Source of the DNA: Gekko japonicus
Taxonomy: Eukaryota
DNA length: 64,000 bases
Reading direction: 5' to 3'
Assembly: GCF_001447785.1 (NCBI RefSeq)
Contig: NW_015166485.1
Location: 59,087 to 123,086 of the forward strand
Shown: positions 37,005 to 49,515 of the stretch, one piece after another
Numbering within the stretch: position 1 is the first letter of the stretch
Layout of the letters: every line of letters starts with the position of its first letter
Program-made: the position numbers and the translations under genes
Notes under the pieces: generated by a model
Told to the model about the DNA's origin: nothing
Database searches by the model: none
Seen by the model: only the letters and a program-made list of their open reading frames with translations

Positions 37005-37332
37005 TAGCTCAGAGGTTAAGATGCTGAGCTGCAGACCAGAAGGTCAGTAGTTCAGCAGTTCGAGACCCGAGTGCCGCATGACGGAGTGAGCTCCCGTCTC
37101 TGGTCCCAGTTCCTGCCAATGTAGCAGTTTGAAAGCAAGAAATTGCAAGTAGATAAATAGGTACCACTTCGGTGGGAAGGTAACAGCGTTCTGTGCACCT
37201 CGGCATTTAGTCATGCTGGCCACATGACCACGGAAGTCCTTGGACAGCGCTGGCTCTTTGGCTTGGAAACGGAGATGAGCATCGCCCCCTAGAATTGGAT
37301 TCGACTGGCTTTCAAGCAAGGGAAACCTTTAT
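37005..37332 (+). mobile_element. Sauria SINE, near full length
   Basis: tRNA-like head, AAGTAGATAAATAGGTACCAC core, ACCTTT tail. Confidence 0.85.
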
Positions 37333-38692
37333 CTTCAGCAAGTAAAGTGCTCCATAAGGTAGGGTGGGACTCAGGCAGAGAGAGCAGTCTAGCTAAGACA
37401 GCCTAAGGAACTTGCAGGTGAGATTTGAACAAGCCCTCCCCCTTCCCAACTACACTTATACTTTTAGCCACTACGATAACCAGCTCCCAAGATGCCACTT
37501 TAGAGGACAGCCCTATTTGCAAGCAAAATGCTTTTAACCCCCCCCCCCCCAGTCAACTATATGGGCCAGCAAACTAGAGAATCACCTCACTGGATCTTAA
37601 GTGAAATCCTCAAACGCCTCCTGAAAGCAACGCTTCCTTAGCCAACTTGAGAGCAACAGCTGAGAATGCAGGATATAAGTGTTTAAAATAAAAATACTAA
37701 CAGATTTTTTAAAAATGCAAATTAATCGCCTTTAGGGTTGCTTAGAGAAGTCTGCCCGGAGAAAGGAGAAGCCAAACTTGAAACTGAGCAGGGCTTCCAG
37801 TGTGGTGGTGATCACAGGCTGGGGTTTGCACAGCTGCCTGCCCTTACCCCCCCCCCGGTTTTAGGGAAGCAGAATCACTTACACAAAATGCACAACCCAA
37901 TATAAATTAGCTCCATTGGCACCGTTTGTTCAGGTTGTCCTTTGTAGAATACAGGAGCAGAGCTTGGACCTTTTAGAAGTCTCTAAACCAGCGAGCTGGG
38001 GCCGGAAAAGCGTTTGCTGAAATGCGGGGGAGAGAACCCGGCTTTTCCAGTGTTGCTGCAATTATTCTCCTCCTCTGACAGAGCTGGATACCAGCAAGAA
38101 GACCAGTGCTCCAGGGCACAGGAGAACATGAAGAGGTTTTGTATGCAGATAGGTACAGCCTGCGCTCTGCAACCAGAGGTGTTCCTGCCTGCCGGTGCAA
38201 ACTCCCCCTCCGTCCGTCTGAGCTGCCCGAAGCGTGTGGCTTGCCCAGATTTATGCTGAAGTGTGTTGGCCACCATTACAATGCAAATCACGCCTGCATT
38301 TTTAAGAGGCAGAAAGGTTAAAAACATTCTCTTTCTAAATCAGCATAACTCGGACTGTGCATGTGTGTACCATATTTTAATTATCTAGCTGTTATGGAAG
38401 TACATCAGTTGGCCTCACCAATGAGCGAGTCAGCAATGACCAAGTAATTTTATATATACACATATGCATTTTGTTGTTGTTGTTGCTCACTTGGTCAAAC
38501 CAAAGTAGAAGGCCACATTCTTCCCTTCATCCAAACACAGCACTATGTACACCCCCTGTCCCCCATCGTCCCCTTCCCTCTACAGAAAGGGGATCCAGCA
38601 ACAAAAATCCATTACTCGAAACTGATTTCTGGGCCCTCACCCATCGTTCCAGTATTCCTATTGGTGTTTTTCAGAAATGCCAAACCAAGCGG

Positions 38693-38902
38693 GAGAGGCT
38701 GTTGTGGCTCACTGGCAGAGCATCTGCTTGACATGCAGAAGGTCCCAGGTTCAATCCCTGGCACCTCCGTTTAAAAGGACCACACGGGAGGTGATGTGAA
38801 AGACCTCGGCCTGAGACCCTGGAGAGCCCCTGCCAGTCTGAGTAGACAACACTGACTTGGATGGACCCAAGAGTCTGATTCAGTATAAGGCAGCTTCATG
38901 TG
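38693..38902 (+). mobile_element. tRNA-derived SINE (Squam2-like)
   Basis: A box TGGCTCACTGG and B box GGTTCAATCCC followed by a non-tRNA body ending CAGTATAAGGCAGCTTCATGTG. Confidence 0.75.
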
Positions 38903-39353
38903 AAGCAAACATCAGAAATGTTCTTTGCAGAGGGCAGGGAACAAGTCAGGAGAGGTAACTGAGAATGTCTTCCTAAAGTCATCTCGAGGCACTGAATTAA
39001 ACCCATTCTCTCTGAGAATTCAGGCGTGCCACAGACACCCTCCTCCAGCCTGTTTTATTTATTCCTTCAGAGCCAAAAAAAGCATGACTTTAGGAGAGGA
39101 GCTGATAGTACAACGGAAGTCCTGGGGAACTCAACGCCATGTTCATACAAAAACCCCAAGCTCACCCTTTCACCTGTGGATAAACATTTGGGGCTCTCAC
39201 TGGACATCATACCCCCCCCCCAGTCCACATCCAGTCCTATTACTGATTTTAATATTCAACAAGACTCTCTTTCTAACCATGAGGAGGTTCTGATCGAGTC
39301 CTGCATCCTCCCCGGCCACTGAAGCCCTGCTGTCCCACTCCACAGTGTTCTCG

Positions 39354-40382
39354 CTACGTCCAACAGCTGTTACCACACTCGGTACAACTATAAGGCCCCT
39401 CTCCCAAGGGCGAGTCTGTCTGCTCTCGATGGCTAGATTCCAGGCGGAAGCCTTTCCCACACTGGCTGCAGATCAGGAGCCGGCTACCCTCTTCTCCGTC
39501 GGCATCATTGCTGCCATTAGAGATGCTGGCATTGGCACACACGGCGTCGTGACTGGCACTGTGAAGGTCATCATCATCATCAGGGCTATCGTCATTGGCA
39601 CAACCAAGGCTGATGCGATGGGTCTTGACACCGACGTTAGCATGAGGTATGTCAACACCGCTGAGAAGGTCATGTTCGAGACCAATGCCGGTGCCCCGGG
39701 CACCGGCGTGAGTGCGACGGTGGCGAATGATATGTGAGCTAAGCCGAAAGCTCTTCCCACACTCAGTGCACACGTAAGGTTTTTCTCCCGTGTGCACCCG
39801 CCAGTGATCCACCAGGTTTGAGTGGTGGGTGAACCTCTTGCCACACTCAGCGCAGCCGTATGGTTTCTCGCCCGTGTGGGTACGCCGGTGATTGGCTAAA
39901 GTCGAGCTTCCGGAAAACCGCTTGCCGCATTCCTGGCACTGGTAGGGCTTCTCTCCCGTGTGGGTCCTCTGGTGGCGCGTAAGGCAGGAGCTCCCGGTGA
40001 AGCGTTTGCCACACACGCCGCACTGGTAGGGTGTGACGCCTGTATGGCCACGGCGGTGCAGGTTGTAGTTGGAGCTCTGAGAGAAGGCCTTGCCACACAA
40101 CTCACACCGGTAGGGCCGCTCGCCGGTGTGGAAACGCCGGTGCTGCAGGAGGTTGGAGCTGGCTGTGAAGGCCTTGCCGCAGTCCCCGCAGACATAGGGG
40201 CGCTCCCCGGTGTGCGTCCTCTGGTGCTTGGTAAGGGCTGAACTCTGGTTGAAGCTGCGGCCACAGTCCTTGCATCGGTAGGGCTTCTCACCTGTGTGGA
40301 TGATCTGGTGCTTGGCCAGGTTGGAGCGGCGGCTGAAACTCTTACCGCAGATGCCACACGTGTTTGGGCGTGAGGAAGGTGG
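39354..40382 (-). CDS. ZNF-C final exon: 8 C2H2 fingers plus acidic linker and 2 broken fingers
   Basis: Phase-0 acceptor CCATCCCTGCAG|CCA at 40383/40382; 8 intact C2H2 motifs starting [12 protein letters not shown]. Confidence 0.9.
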   Translation of the reverse strand, partial: PPSSRPNTCGICGKSFSRRSNLAKHQIIHTGEKPYRCKDCGRSFNQSSALTKHQRTHTGERPYVCGDCGKAFTASSNLLQHRRFHTGERPYRCELCGKAFSQSSNYNLHRRGHTGVTPYQCGVCGKRFTGSSCLTRHQRTHTGEKPYQCQECGKRFSGSSTLANHRRTHTGEKPYGCAECGKRFTHHSNLVDHWRVHTGEKPYVCTECGKSFRLSSHIIRHRRTHAGARGTGIGLEHDLLSGVDIPHANVGVKTHRISLGCANDDSPDDDDDLHSASHDAVCANASISNGSNDADGEEGSRLLICSQCGKGFRLESSHREQTDSPLGEGPYSCTECGNSCWT

Positions 40383-42350
40383 CTGCAGGGATGGAGATGG
40401 ATGAGATAACATTAGAAGCAGCTTAGCCTGCATACACAGACAAAAGGCAACCGGAGACGGTATTTTCGTGACTGTTACTGAGGATGCTATGCCCCTAGTT
40501 CTACACTCTTGCAGAAAAGGAACATTAAAATGACTGAAGTCCCACAATTCTCCAGTGTTCTGTTCTGCCTTCCAGACAAGAGCCCGCCGCTGTGTATGTG
40601 TGGTGGATAGAGGCAACCAACGAAGGGCTGAAAGACGTGCTATTCCAGAAATCATCCTGTGAGCAAATCATTCAATGGGTATACACACTCATCTTTTAAA
40701 AGAGGGTTCCTTCTCCTCCCCGGGTGCTTAAAAACTCTTCTTGCAATAACAACAATAAAAGGGCGCTGCAGGTCAGCTGAACGGAAGAACGGGGTTGCTC
40801 GAAAAGCTCTCTCCTTCCACTTAGAAGGCCTCTCATACTATCACCCCCTGTATTAGTAAAGTGGGTGTCCTGCATGCGGACATGCCTGGTGTCAGCCTCA
40901 CCTGAAATTTAGAATAACAGAAGGGAATGTATTTCTCTAATCTGGGGGCAGAAGAGGATACCAGTGCGGCCAAGCACTTGTCTCCACTTCTAAGGGAGGG
41001 TGCAAAGCAATTACTACGCATGCTTGGGAATGGACAAATGCAAGACAGCTCACTCACCCCCTTCCTCATTCAAGAGGTAGTGTCTTAGTAAATTGATTTT
41101 GGCATTACATAAACACCAAGAGGATCCGTTAAGACTGACATGTCAAGCCCTGACCTGGATAGCCCAGGCGAGCCCGATCTCGTCAGTTCTCGGCAGCTAA
41201 GCAGGGTCAACTCTGGCAAATACTTGGATGGGAGACCTCCTTGGAATACCAGAGGTGGGAGGTGGAGCAGGCTTTATTCAGCCACCTCTCTGAAGATCCT
41301 CCAGGCCCTCAGTAGGAGTCAGTCATCAGAGGTCACCATGACTTCCAGGTCCGTGCACACACACGCACACATTTTAAAAAATCCAAAAAAAGAGTGACAT
41401 GTCAACTCATCCATCTCTGATTTTAATACATTTATTTCCTCCACTTGGCTGGAACTCAATCCAACCAAATGGTGACCATATAGCCTAGTTTGTTATTCCA
41501 TTTGGGCCATAAACCTCATCAAAGAATTAATCAACACCCCCAATTTCCCCCTCATTCCCCTTCTATCTTTACTCTTTTGGGGTATAAAGTTAGCCGGAGG
41601 ATCTTGGCTCTTTGTTCCAGCTGTTGGGTCCCATCTCAGTGGGCTCCAGGAAATGCCCCCAAACCCCCCATGTGGGAATGCGTGACTCTGCTTCGGCTCT
41701 GCTACCCCAGCGTTGGTGCCTGTGAAGACAGCGCTCTGCTCTTGCACCCCACTTTCACCTACACTGCTTTCCCGTTCTCTGACAAACGCTATGCTTCCTC
41801 CTCTTTGTTGGGGCACAGAAGGGTCTGGGGGTGCGGGAAGGGGACCAAAATACACAAGCAGTTAAAAGGTGTTCATAGGCCCACTTTTTTAAAAACCTTA
41901 GAACTGCCTTGAAAATGTTTCTTGCACCTCAGAGGCTGCTCGGAAGGGAAAGATCCTACCGGGTGCCACTTCTCTCTCCACTGCATCACAACGACAGGAA
42001 AAGCAACACAAGACTAAATTTTATGTGGCACCTACCATATACCACAATGCTGAGGGCTGAAATGAAAGGATCATTTGGTAGCTGTTACCACTTTTGAACC
42101 CTACAAGGGCCCGGAAAGTTAGATATGCCAATGTAGGAGCACAATGGTGTGGGGGGGAGAAATACATAAAGGAGGCCACAGAGAGACCTCCGGTTGCCAA
42201 AGCTCACCAGAAAAGCTGGCTTTGGGGTGCAGCTTTAGCAGCAACTGAACCTTCAGTGCTCCCAAGGATAATGGAGACAACCACCACAGGACAACCCTTG
42301 TATCAGACTCATCGGCCACAAACGTCTCCCCAACACTGCTCTTTACTCAC

Positions 42351-42479
42351 CAAACCTCCGCTCAGCGGGATGATGACCTTCTGAACTTTGAATTCTTCAT
42401 CTTTCTGTTCTTCCAACTCTACTTTCATCTCCAGCCCCACTTCTTTGGAAGGCAATTCCTGAAGGACCACAGGATCAAG
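42351..42479 (-). CDS. ZNF-C internal exon (LDPVVLQELPSKEVGLEMKVELEEQKDEEFKVQKVIIPLSGGL), phase 0-0
   Basis: Acceptor TCTCTTGCAG, donor TTG|GTGAGT, 129 nt open frame. Confidence 0.7.
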
Positions 42480-42610
42480 CTGCAAGAGATTGGCAAGGGG
42501 AGGATAAGGCAAGTTTGTATTTTTAAAATAGCTAAACACTAATATCCTGGCCCTTTTGCCCACCCAAGTGAACCTCCTACGCTCTTTAGCCAGCTCGCTA
42601 TCCCACACAC

Positions 42611-42733
42611 CTCCGCTTGGAACTCCTGATCCTCTTCCTCATATTTTTCCTTCTTCACTCTTCTAAGTCCCAGCTTCTTCTCACCGCCATCTGCTTCCTC
42701 AGAAAGCCCATCTGGAAAGGCCAAGGAACCTAG
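42611..42733 (-). CDS. ZNF-C internal exon (LGSLAFPDG...VKKEKYEEEDQEFQAE), phase 0-0
   Basis: Acceptor TTTCTTTTTCCAG, donor GAG|GTGTGT, 123 nt open frame. Confidence 0.6.
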
Positions 42734-43865
42734 CTGGAAAAAGAAACCAAAGAACATATTGCTGACCGTGTTTCCCAAGATGAGTGAGGCGTTGAGAAGA
42801 ACAGGACCACGCAGCTTGGGAGGCGTCGAGCCCAGCCCAGTGCCGACAGCAGCCATGTGCCGTAGTCTACCAGGGGAGCACAATGCCAGAGCAAAACACA
42901 AACTTATGGAGATGCCGCAGAGCCATCATGGCAACCAGTGGTGGGTCACAACAACTCACACAGGCCAGTCTTAAGGAAGTCCAAACAATGAAGCCACAGC
43001 CTTCTTCACAACACCTCGTAGGATGCATCCTGAAGCTAACACACGTAGCCATTGATTTGGGGTTACAAAAACCTTCACAAGAAGCCAGCCTGCCTTAAAG
43101 ATTTCAAAGTGCTGAGAAATACTGGGCTGGATCCCAGAGTACAGCAAGCAGGGAGAGCTTGCAGAGGACGTTCTTCCCCAGCAGAATGTTGCGTGCCTTG
43201 AAAATTCACAGCTGAAGGTTGAGGGGGACCAAAACGCACCGTGACACCAGCTTGGGGGGCTTGGAACAAAGACGGGGGAGGGATTGGGGGGGATGCCCCC
43301 CCCCCATATGTGGCAGAGTGCTTTCTGTATGCCCAAGAGAGAGATGGGAGATTATTCCGAGTGATTGCCCCTCCTTTCTGCACCCCACCACTGTGCATTT
43401 TGTTTGAGGGTCCCCCAGCCTTGGACAGAAGACTGAGGGGGGCACAGTGGGATGCTGAGGGAAGGGAAAGATGAGCAAACATCCCCTTCTGCCCACTCTC
43501 CTGCTCTTTCCTCCCCTTGGCTGAAAAACTAAACTAAAAAAACTAAAAGGCAAGGAACTAAAAGGGTGAAAAACTAACAGGCAACCTAAGTTGGCCACCA
43601 GTATTTTTCTTCACCATGTCTGCACATGCAAATTCACAGGTCAATGGGCCTAGTGGTAGTGTTAACCTCCCTTTCGTGCTTCCTCATCCGGCTGGGTCCC
43701 CTCATGGATTTTTTTGGTCTGCATGGTGGGACTACCCATTGCTATCAGACAGATGGCAGAGACGTTAACTATTCCCAGCGCACAATGGTTACTCACGCAG
43801 TCATTTCCTGGGATTTGGGCTACCCATTGCTATCAGACGGATGGCCGTGCACAATGATTACTCAC

Positions 43866-43973
43866 GCAGTCATTTCCTGGGATTTGGAGCATCTTCGCCT
43901 TGAACTGAGGACCCTCATCCTCTCCTTTGCCTGGCATGATGAGGAATTTCTGCTTCTTTGGAGAGGGCTGAGG
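43866..43973 (-). CDS. ZNF-C internal exon (PQPSPKKQKFLIMPGKGEDEGPQFKAKMLQIPGNDC), phase 0-0
   Basis: Acceptor CTGTTCTTTCAG, donor TGC|GTGAGT, 108 nt open frame. Confidence 0.65.
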
Positions 43974-44421
43974 CTGAAAGAACAGGCAGATGGAGGGAAT
44001 GTGGTGAGGCAGAACACCCATCAGCTCTGCGAAATCAGGACAGACACATCTCCACACATCGGAAGAAGAGGCGAGGTGCACTCACGGGGTCTGGTTCACT
44101 TGAACCCATCCTCCCACCCTCACATATCCATACGACAGAGGTCCACGGAGTCTCAATTCCTTGTCCTTCTCCAGGTCCAGCATGCTGTGGGAACCCTGAC
44201 AGTCGTTCCCATGTCTTGTCTAAACCCAACGCTACATCTTGGTTCACCCTTTTCCAAAACCCGATCCACCCCTAAGCAAGCTGCTCTTAGGCTGCTGGAC
44301 ATTCAAAGAGAATATTGACCCAATGATGCCCGAGGCAGACCTGCGCTCCTGCTTCTCCTTCCCACCCCCGCAAACAAAAAATGCCTCCTATTTTGTCCTC
44401 CGAGCTCGATTATGGTTGCAC

Positions 44422-44532
44422 CTGAATGTCTTGGGTCCCTTCTGTGCCTTTCTTCACTCGAGTTCTCAGCCTTTTCCTTCGTGTCCTTGAGGCTCTCTCC
44501 TTATCCTTCATCCATGATCCATCCACGTCCAG
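44422..44532 (-). CDS. ZNF-C candidate internal exon (LDVDGSW...RTRRKRLRTRVKKGTEGTQDIQ), phase 0-0
   Basis: Long polypyrimidine tract plus AAG acceptor; weaker donor CAG|GTGCAA; 111 nt open frame. Confidence 0.45.
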
Positions 44533-44770
44533 CTTGCAAGAAGAGAGAGCAAGGGGGAAAGAAACTAAATAATATGGCTTAAGACCAAACTGAATCCCCA
44601 GATATTGCAAACACCTCCCACTGGTCCTGCTCTGGTCTTCCTGTGCTGTTGGTCACCTAGCACCAAGGCGGCTTTAGTTATATCAGTCTGAGTAGAAAAA
44701 GATATGTCTTAAGCCTCTTTCACAGAAGAGCCTTTCCCAAGAACCTTTTCAGTAGCTCTCTGTTACTCAC

Positions 44771-44860
44771 CACACTTCCATCTTGAACCAGGATTGCCGT
44801 GTCTGACGCAGGATTCTCCTCTGGCTTCTCTTCTTCCACATCCTCCTTGCCATCATCCAT
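44771..44860 (-). CDS. ZNF-C first coding exon (MDDGKEDVEEEKPEENPASDTAILVQDGSV)
   Basis: acaATGg Kozak context; phase-0 donor GTG|GTGAGT. Confidence 0.65.
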
Positions 44861-45699
44861 TGTGGATTTAAGGGCAGAAATGAAGGGCTGGGGAGGGCAG
44901 AAGAAACACCAGTGACTTCCACCCTTGGTGTATTTATTTGGAAGCAAATCCGATTGCAATCTAACTGTCCAGAGTATATCCTTCCCTAGAAACCAGAGAC
45001 ACTTTTTTAGACGTACCACAACTGTGTGAGGCGGCTGCGTCAAGAAACACACTTGGCCAAAACTGTTCACCCATTTAGCTCTGTAGCAGAACAGGGATCA
45101 AGGTCTCCCATTTTCCCACCTCCAAAAGCATCACTTTACCCAATGCACCTCCCTAACTGTCAAGCAACAGGGTTTACATCTGAGTAAACTTAGTTTGGCG
45201 CTGGGGGAGGACAGTGTGGTGTGGTGCCGAAGCTCAGACCTGCCTGGAAGGCCAGACCCAACCCCAAATTTGTGGCCTTGGCTTCATAAGAGATAAGGGT
45301 TGCCTTACTATTCCTCAGCAGTACAGGAAATGCACTCTGCACATACACAGAGGCACACTCTCTTGAATTAAGCTGTCACCCTTCTTGGGGAACCTAAGCA
45401 TCCAGTTTAATTTAGCCTAATGGCATGAACGAAGAGGGATAAGGAACAAATACGGGAGGGGCCGTAGGGAGATCCCCCCCCCCGGGTGGGTCTGTATTCA
45501 AAGCAACAGCTGCTTCTCCAACCCACGAAGGAACGCCTGGATCCTCTCCCCACCCCCACCCCCGCCACGTTCCTCTGGGTATGGGCGGTTTGGGGAGGCT
45601 GGAAGGACACAGATCAATTCCCCCGACCAGCAGCAACTCCGGGAAGGAAGTTGGGCGAGGGAGTGACTGCTTCCTGCGATCCTGGCTCGCTGGCGCCCA

Positions 45700-46260
45700 T
45701 CCCGCTCGTCTTCCCCACTCACCCGGGCCTCCGGAGGAGGAGGAGGAGGAGAGAGAAGAGGTGATGAGGAGCGATGAGGGGCGGCCGAGCGAGATCCGGA
45801 GGCTCCCTTCGCTCTGGAGAGCGTAACGGGGGCGCGCTGCGCTCTCGCCGCGGGTTTTGCGCGTCTCTCCCCGAAGTGGAGACCCCGCTTGGAATGGGGG
45901 AGGGGAAGAATGCTAGGTAGCTGGGGAAGGGGGGGGAGGGTGGAGATGACAGAAGGAAGGTGCCGCGTGCAGATTGGCTAACGGGCCTCCCCCCGCTTCT
46001 CTCTCATTGGCGGAGAGGTTGGGCAGCGAGGGAGAGTGGCGGCGGCGGCGGCAGAGCGTTTTCCTGCCGGAGCGGAGCAGGGGAGGGACTCGCGAGTTCG
46101 GCGCCCGCCCACTTTCCTTCGCCTTCTGAAGCGACGACTCTGCTGCCCTTTGAATCCCGCAGTCGGAGTGTAATCGGAGCCGGCGCCGGGATCCGGACCC
46201 CCCGACCCCGCCAGGACCCCCCCCCCCCCCCCGATAATGGGGAGTAACAGTCGCGAAGAG
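45700..46260 (-). promoter_or_regulatory. CpG island / promoter and 5' UTR exon of ZNF-C
   Basis: CpG-dense; CCAAT boxes at ~45972 and ~46006; donor CGG|GTGAGT at ~45723. Confidence 0.7.
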
Positions 46261-46485
46261 AGCATGTGCAAAGTGCCTTTCCCTCAGCGTTCAGTAACCA
46301 CACCCTTCCTATGAATTTGAGCTTCCAGGGTCATAGCGGGGTTGAACCGTGAACCATCTTCAATACTCAGGGATGAGGCGATTCATAAATCCAAATTTTA
46401 AATAAATAAACTATAAATTCAACTCTGGTTTGAAACAAGTGGTAATTAAGAGAGTGCTGCAGAGCACATGCAAAGTGCCAGCTAT

Positions 46486-46693
46486 CATCTTATTTCACAT
46501 AGCCGCGCCAACGGATTGCCAGCAGGGGCCAGCAGCAAACGGGGCATAGACGCCAAGATCGCTTTCTGATATTGCCTCCTAGCACTGGGATCCATCTTAT
46601 TTCACATAGCCGCCAACGGATTGCCAGCAGGGGCCAGCAAACGGGGCATAGACGCCAAGCTCACTTTCTGATATTGCCTCCTAGCACTGGGAT
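46486..46693. repeat. ~105-bp tandem duplication
   Basis: CATCTTATTTCACATAGCCGC...CTAGCACTGGGAT occurs twice. Confidence 0.9.
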
Positions 46694-48524
46694 GACTACC
46701 CCTGAATATTTTTATGTCTTATTTTTATTATTTCTTTAATTCATTTATACCCCACCTTTCTCCCCAACAGGGCCCAATTCTCCTCCATTTTTTCCTTACA
46801 ACAACCCTATGAGGCAATAGAAAAGAGCAAGTGTCCAGTAGCAGAAGAGTACCCCACCCAAAGGAGTCTCAGAGCGGCTTAAAATCGCCTTCTCTTCCTC
46901 TCTCCACAACAGACACCCTGTGAGAGAGCTCTGAGAGAACTGCTCTCGAGAGAACAGTTCTGAGAGAAACTGTGACTGACCCAAGGTCACCCAGCTGGCT
47001 TCATGTGAAGGAGGAGTGGGGAATCAAACCCAGCTCTCCATATTAGAGTTCTGCCCCTCTTAACCACTACCCCAAATAGTAGCACCTTAAAGACTAACAA
47101 AATTAGTGGCAGCTCACTTCCTGCCACAAATTTTGTTAGTCTTTACGGTGCTACTGGACTCCTGCTCTTTTCTACTGCTACAGACTAGCACTTGATCCGT
47201 CCCTATTAGGTAGGTTAAACTGAGAGCATGACTGGCCCAAGGTCACGTAGTGAGCTTTCATGGCCTTTAATCCTCATGACCAGTAGCCACCGAGGGACCT
47301 CTCCGCCATTAATCTGTCCAGCCCTCTTATAAAGCTATCTGTGTGCTCTTGGCCATCACAGCCGGGACTCAGTCCTGTTAGGGCAGGGTTGTGTGCTTGC
47401 GTCTGAGAGGGCACTTTCTCACTTCCTGCCCTTGCTTCTGGTTCCACCCCCACCCCCAAACTGAACTCAGCCTATCACATTTACCTGTGGCCTGGGGCAC
47501 CAGTAAAAGGCTCTCTACGCATGCGCAGAGTGCATGTCTGCATAGTTGCAAGCAGCTTGGCACATGTGAGGTGCTTTGAATGCAAGTCTTGCTTTCTTAA
47601 AAAGAAAAAGATTTTATTTACTACAGCTTAACAATCTACAGCACGTTACACACACAGGCTGTAGTAGATCTAAGAAAAAGGAAAGCACACCCACCAGTCT
47701 AACTGAGGGTTACAGTCATTAACCCACAGACTGGGATATTGAGATCTCTATTCCTATTCAGACCCGACAAAAGGAGCTTTTTGACTCTCTAAAACTCACC
47801 CCCTCCCCCAAATCTTGAATCTAGTTTGGTGTAGTGGTTAAGTGTGTGGACTCTAATCTGGGAGAACCAGGTTTGATTCCCCACTCCTCCACCTGCAGCT
47901 GCTGGATGACCTTGGGCAAGCCATGTTTTTGTCAGAGCTGTTTGTGAAAAGAGCAGTTTCTGTCAGCTCTCTCTCAGCCCCACCCACTTCACAGGGTGTC
48001 TGTTGCGGGGAGGGGAAGGGAAAGGAGTTTGTAAGCTGCTCTGAGACTCCAAGTGAATCCAATCTCCTCTTCTACTGCAGACCAACACAGCTGCCATCTG
48101 AAACCGCCATTACCTCAGCATCTCTCCTTTAGAGGCATCACTGGAACAAATGCATGGCCCAGAATCTGAAGTTAATGGATTGCTCATATCATTTAACACT
48201 TCCTGCCCTAGTAGGTGAGAAGTTCCTCACTTAATCTTGGTTTGGGAGTCTCACCCACATCCACCCTCGAGCACCCACCCCAACAGGTTCTATTTCCCAG
48301 CTCGTGTTTTGGCAGTAGCCATTTGTCTTTCCCCTTCCTGCCAGTTTGGGCAAATGGATATAACTTTGCAGAAAGCGTTGCTGGCAATTTGAGCATTTTA
48401 TGGTCCTTTTCCCTGGGAAAGAATGCTGTTTTCCAGAGCTTTGGGGCCCATGGTCCCCAAAGCACCTTCCAGCTCACTGGCATGACAATCACTCCATTCA
48501 CTGGGTGATCTCGCAGTTTAATTA

Positions 48525-48850
48525 CCAGCTCAATGCAACACAACAAATGCCCTTCCATTCTCTACATAGGGCAAACAGGCTAAACCCTACCCCAAAGGAC
48601 AAACAAATACAAATCTGACATTAAGAGAATTACAATACTGAAGAAACCTGTAGGAGAACACATCAGCCTTTCAGGACATTCAGTGGATGACTTCAAAGTA
48701 GCTGTTTTATTGCAAAGGAACTTCAGAAACAAACTGGAAAGGGAAACTGCTGTTATTACAACAGTCAGAACAACCCCCCCTCCAGGACTTAACAGGGATA
48801 TTGGTTTATTATGTTACTACATATGTTAATCTCATTCAGTTCTTACATCT
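48525..48850 (+). mobile_element. Penelope-like retroelement relic (GIY-YIG endonuclease C-terminus)
   Basis: Frameshifted peptides KCPSILYIGQTG, KPVGEHISLSGHSVDDFKVAVLLQRNFRNKLERETA, PGLNRDIG; Penelope-type terminal sequence at ~49900-50040. Confidence 0.7.
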
Positions 48851-48873
48851 GTATTCTCACCAAAAAGGGCCAT

Positions 48874-49515
48874 AAAGGTAAAGGTTTCCCTTGCTCAAAA
48901 GCTAGTCGAATCTGACTCTAGGGGGCAGTGCTCATCTCCGTTTCCAAGCAGAAGAGCCAGCACTGTCTGAAGATGTTTCCGTGGTCATGTGGCCGGCATG
49001 ACTAAACGCTGTTACCGTCCCACCGAAGTGGTACCTATTTATCTACTTGCAATTTCTTGTATTCGAACTGCTGTGTTGGCAGGAGCTGGGGCAAGAGACA
49101 GGAGCTCACTCCGTCACACAGCACTAGGGTCTCAAACTGCTGAACTACCTTCCGGTCTGCAGCTCAGCNNNNNNNNNNNNNNNNNNNNNNNNNNNNNNNN
49201 NNNNNNNNNNNNNNNNNNNNNNNNNNNNNNNNNNNNNNNNNNNNNNNNNNNNNNNNNNNNNNNNNNNNNNNNNNNNNNNNNNNNNNNNCTGTCTGAATAT
49301 GTTTCCGTGGTCATGTGGCCGGCATGACTAAACGCTGTTACCGTCCCACCGAAGTGGTACCTATTTATCTACTTGCAATTTCTTGTATTCGAACTGCTGT
49401 GTTGGCAGGAGCTGGGGCAAGAGACAGGAGCTCACTCCGTCACACAGCACTAGGGTCTCAAACTGCTGAACTACCGACCTTCCGGTCTGCAGCTCAGCGT
49501 CTTAACCTCTGAGCC
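48874..49515 (-). mobile_element. Sauria SINE, partly duplicated across an N gap
   Basis: AAAGGTAAAGG tail; ~200 bp repeated almost identically on both sides of the gap. Confidence 0.8.

Noticed and set aside
38693-38775. tRNA-like sequence with A and B boxes
   Set aside because: Runs directly into a SINE body, with no clean acceptor stem or terminator; SINE head, not a tRNA gene
40383-40655. ORF-track N-terminal extension of ZNF-C (MISGIARLS...)
   Set aside because: Lies upstream of a good splice acceptor at 40383; more likely intron read-through
41147-41260. 5S rRNA-like sequences (also ~4450, ~8300, ~25330)
   Set aside because: Diverged, dispersed and fused to SINE tails; not rRNA genes
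48965-49500. Apparent tandem Sauria SINE duplication
   Set aside because: Near-identical overlap on both sides of an N gap; most likely an unmerged contig overlap
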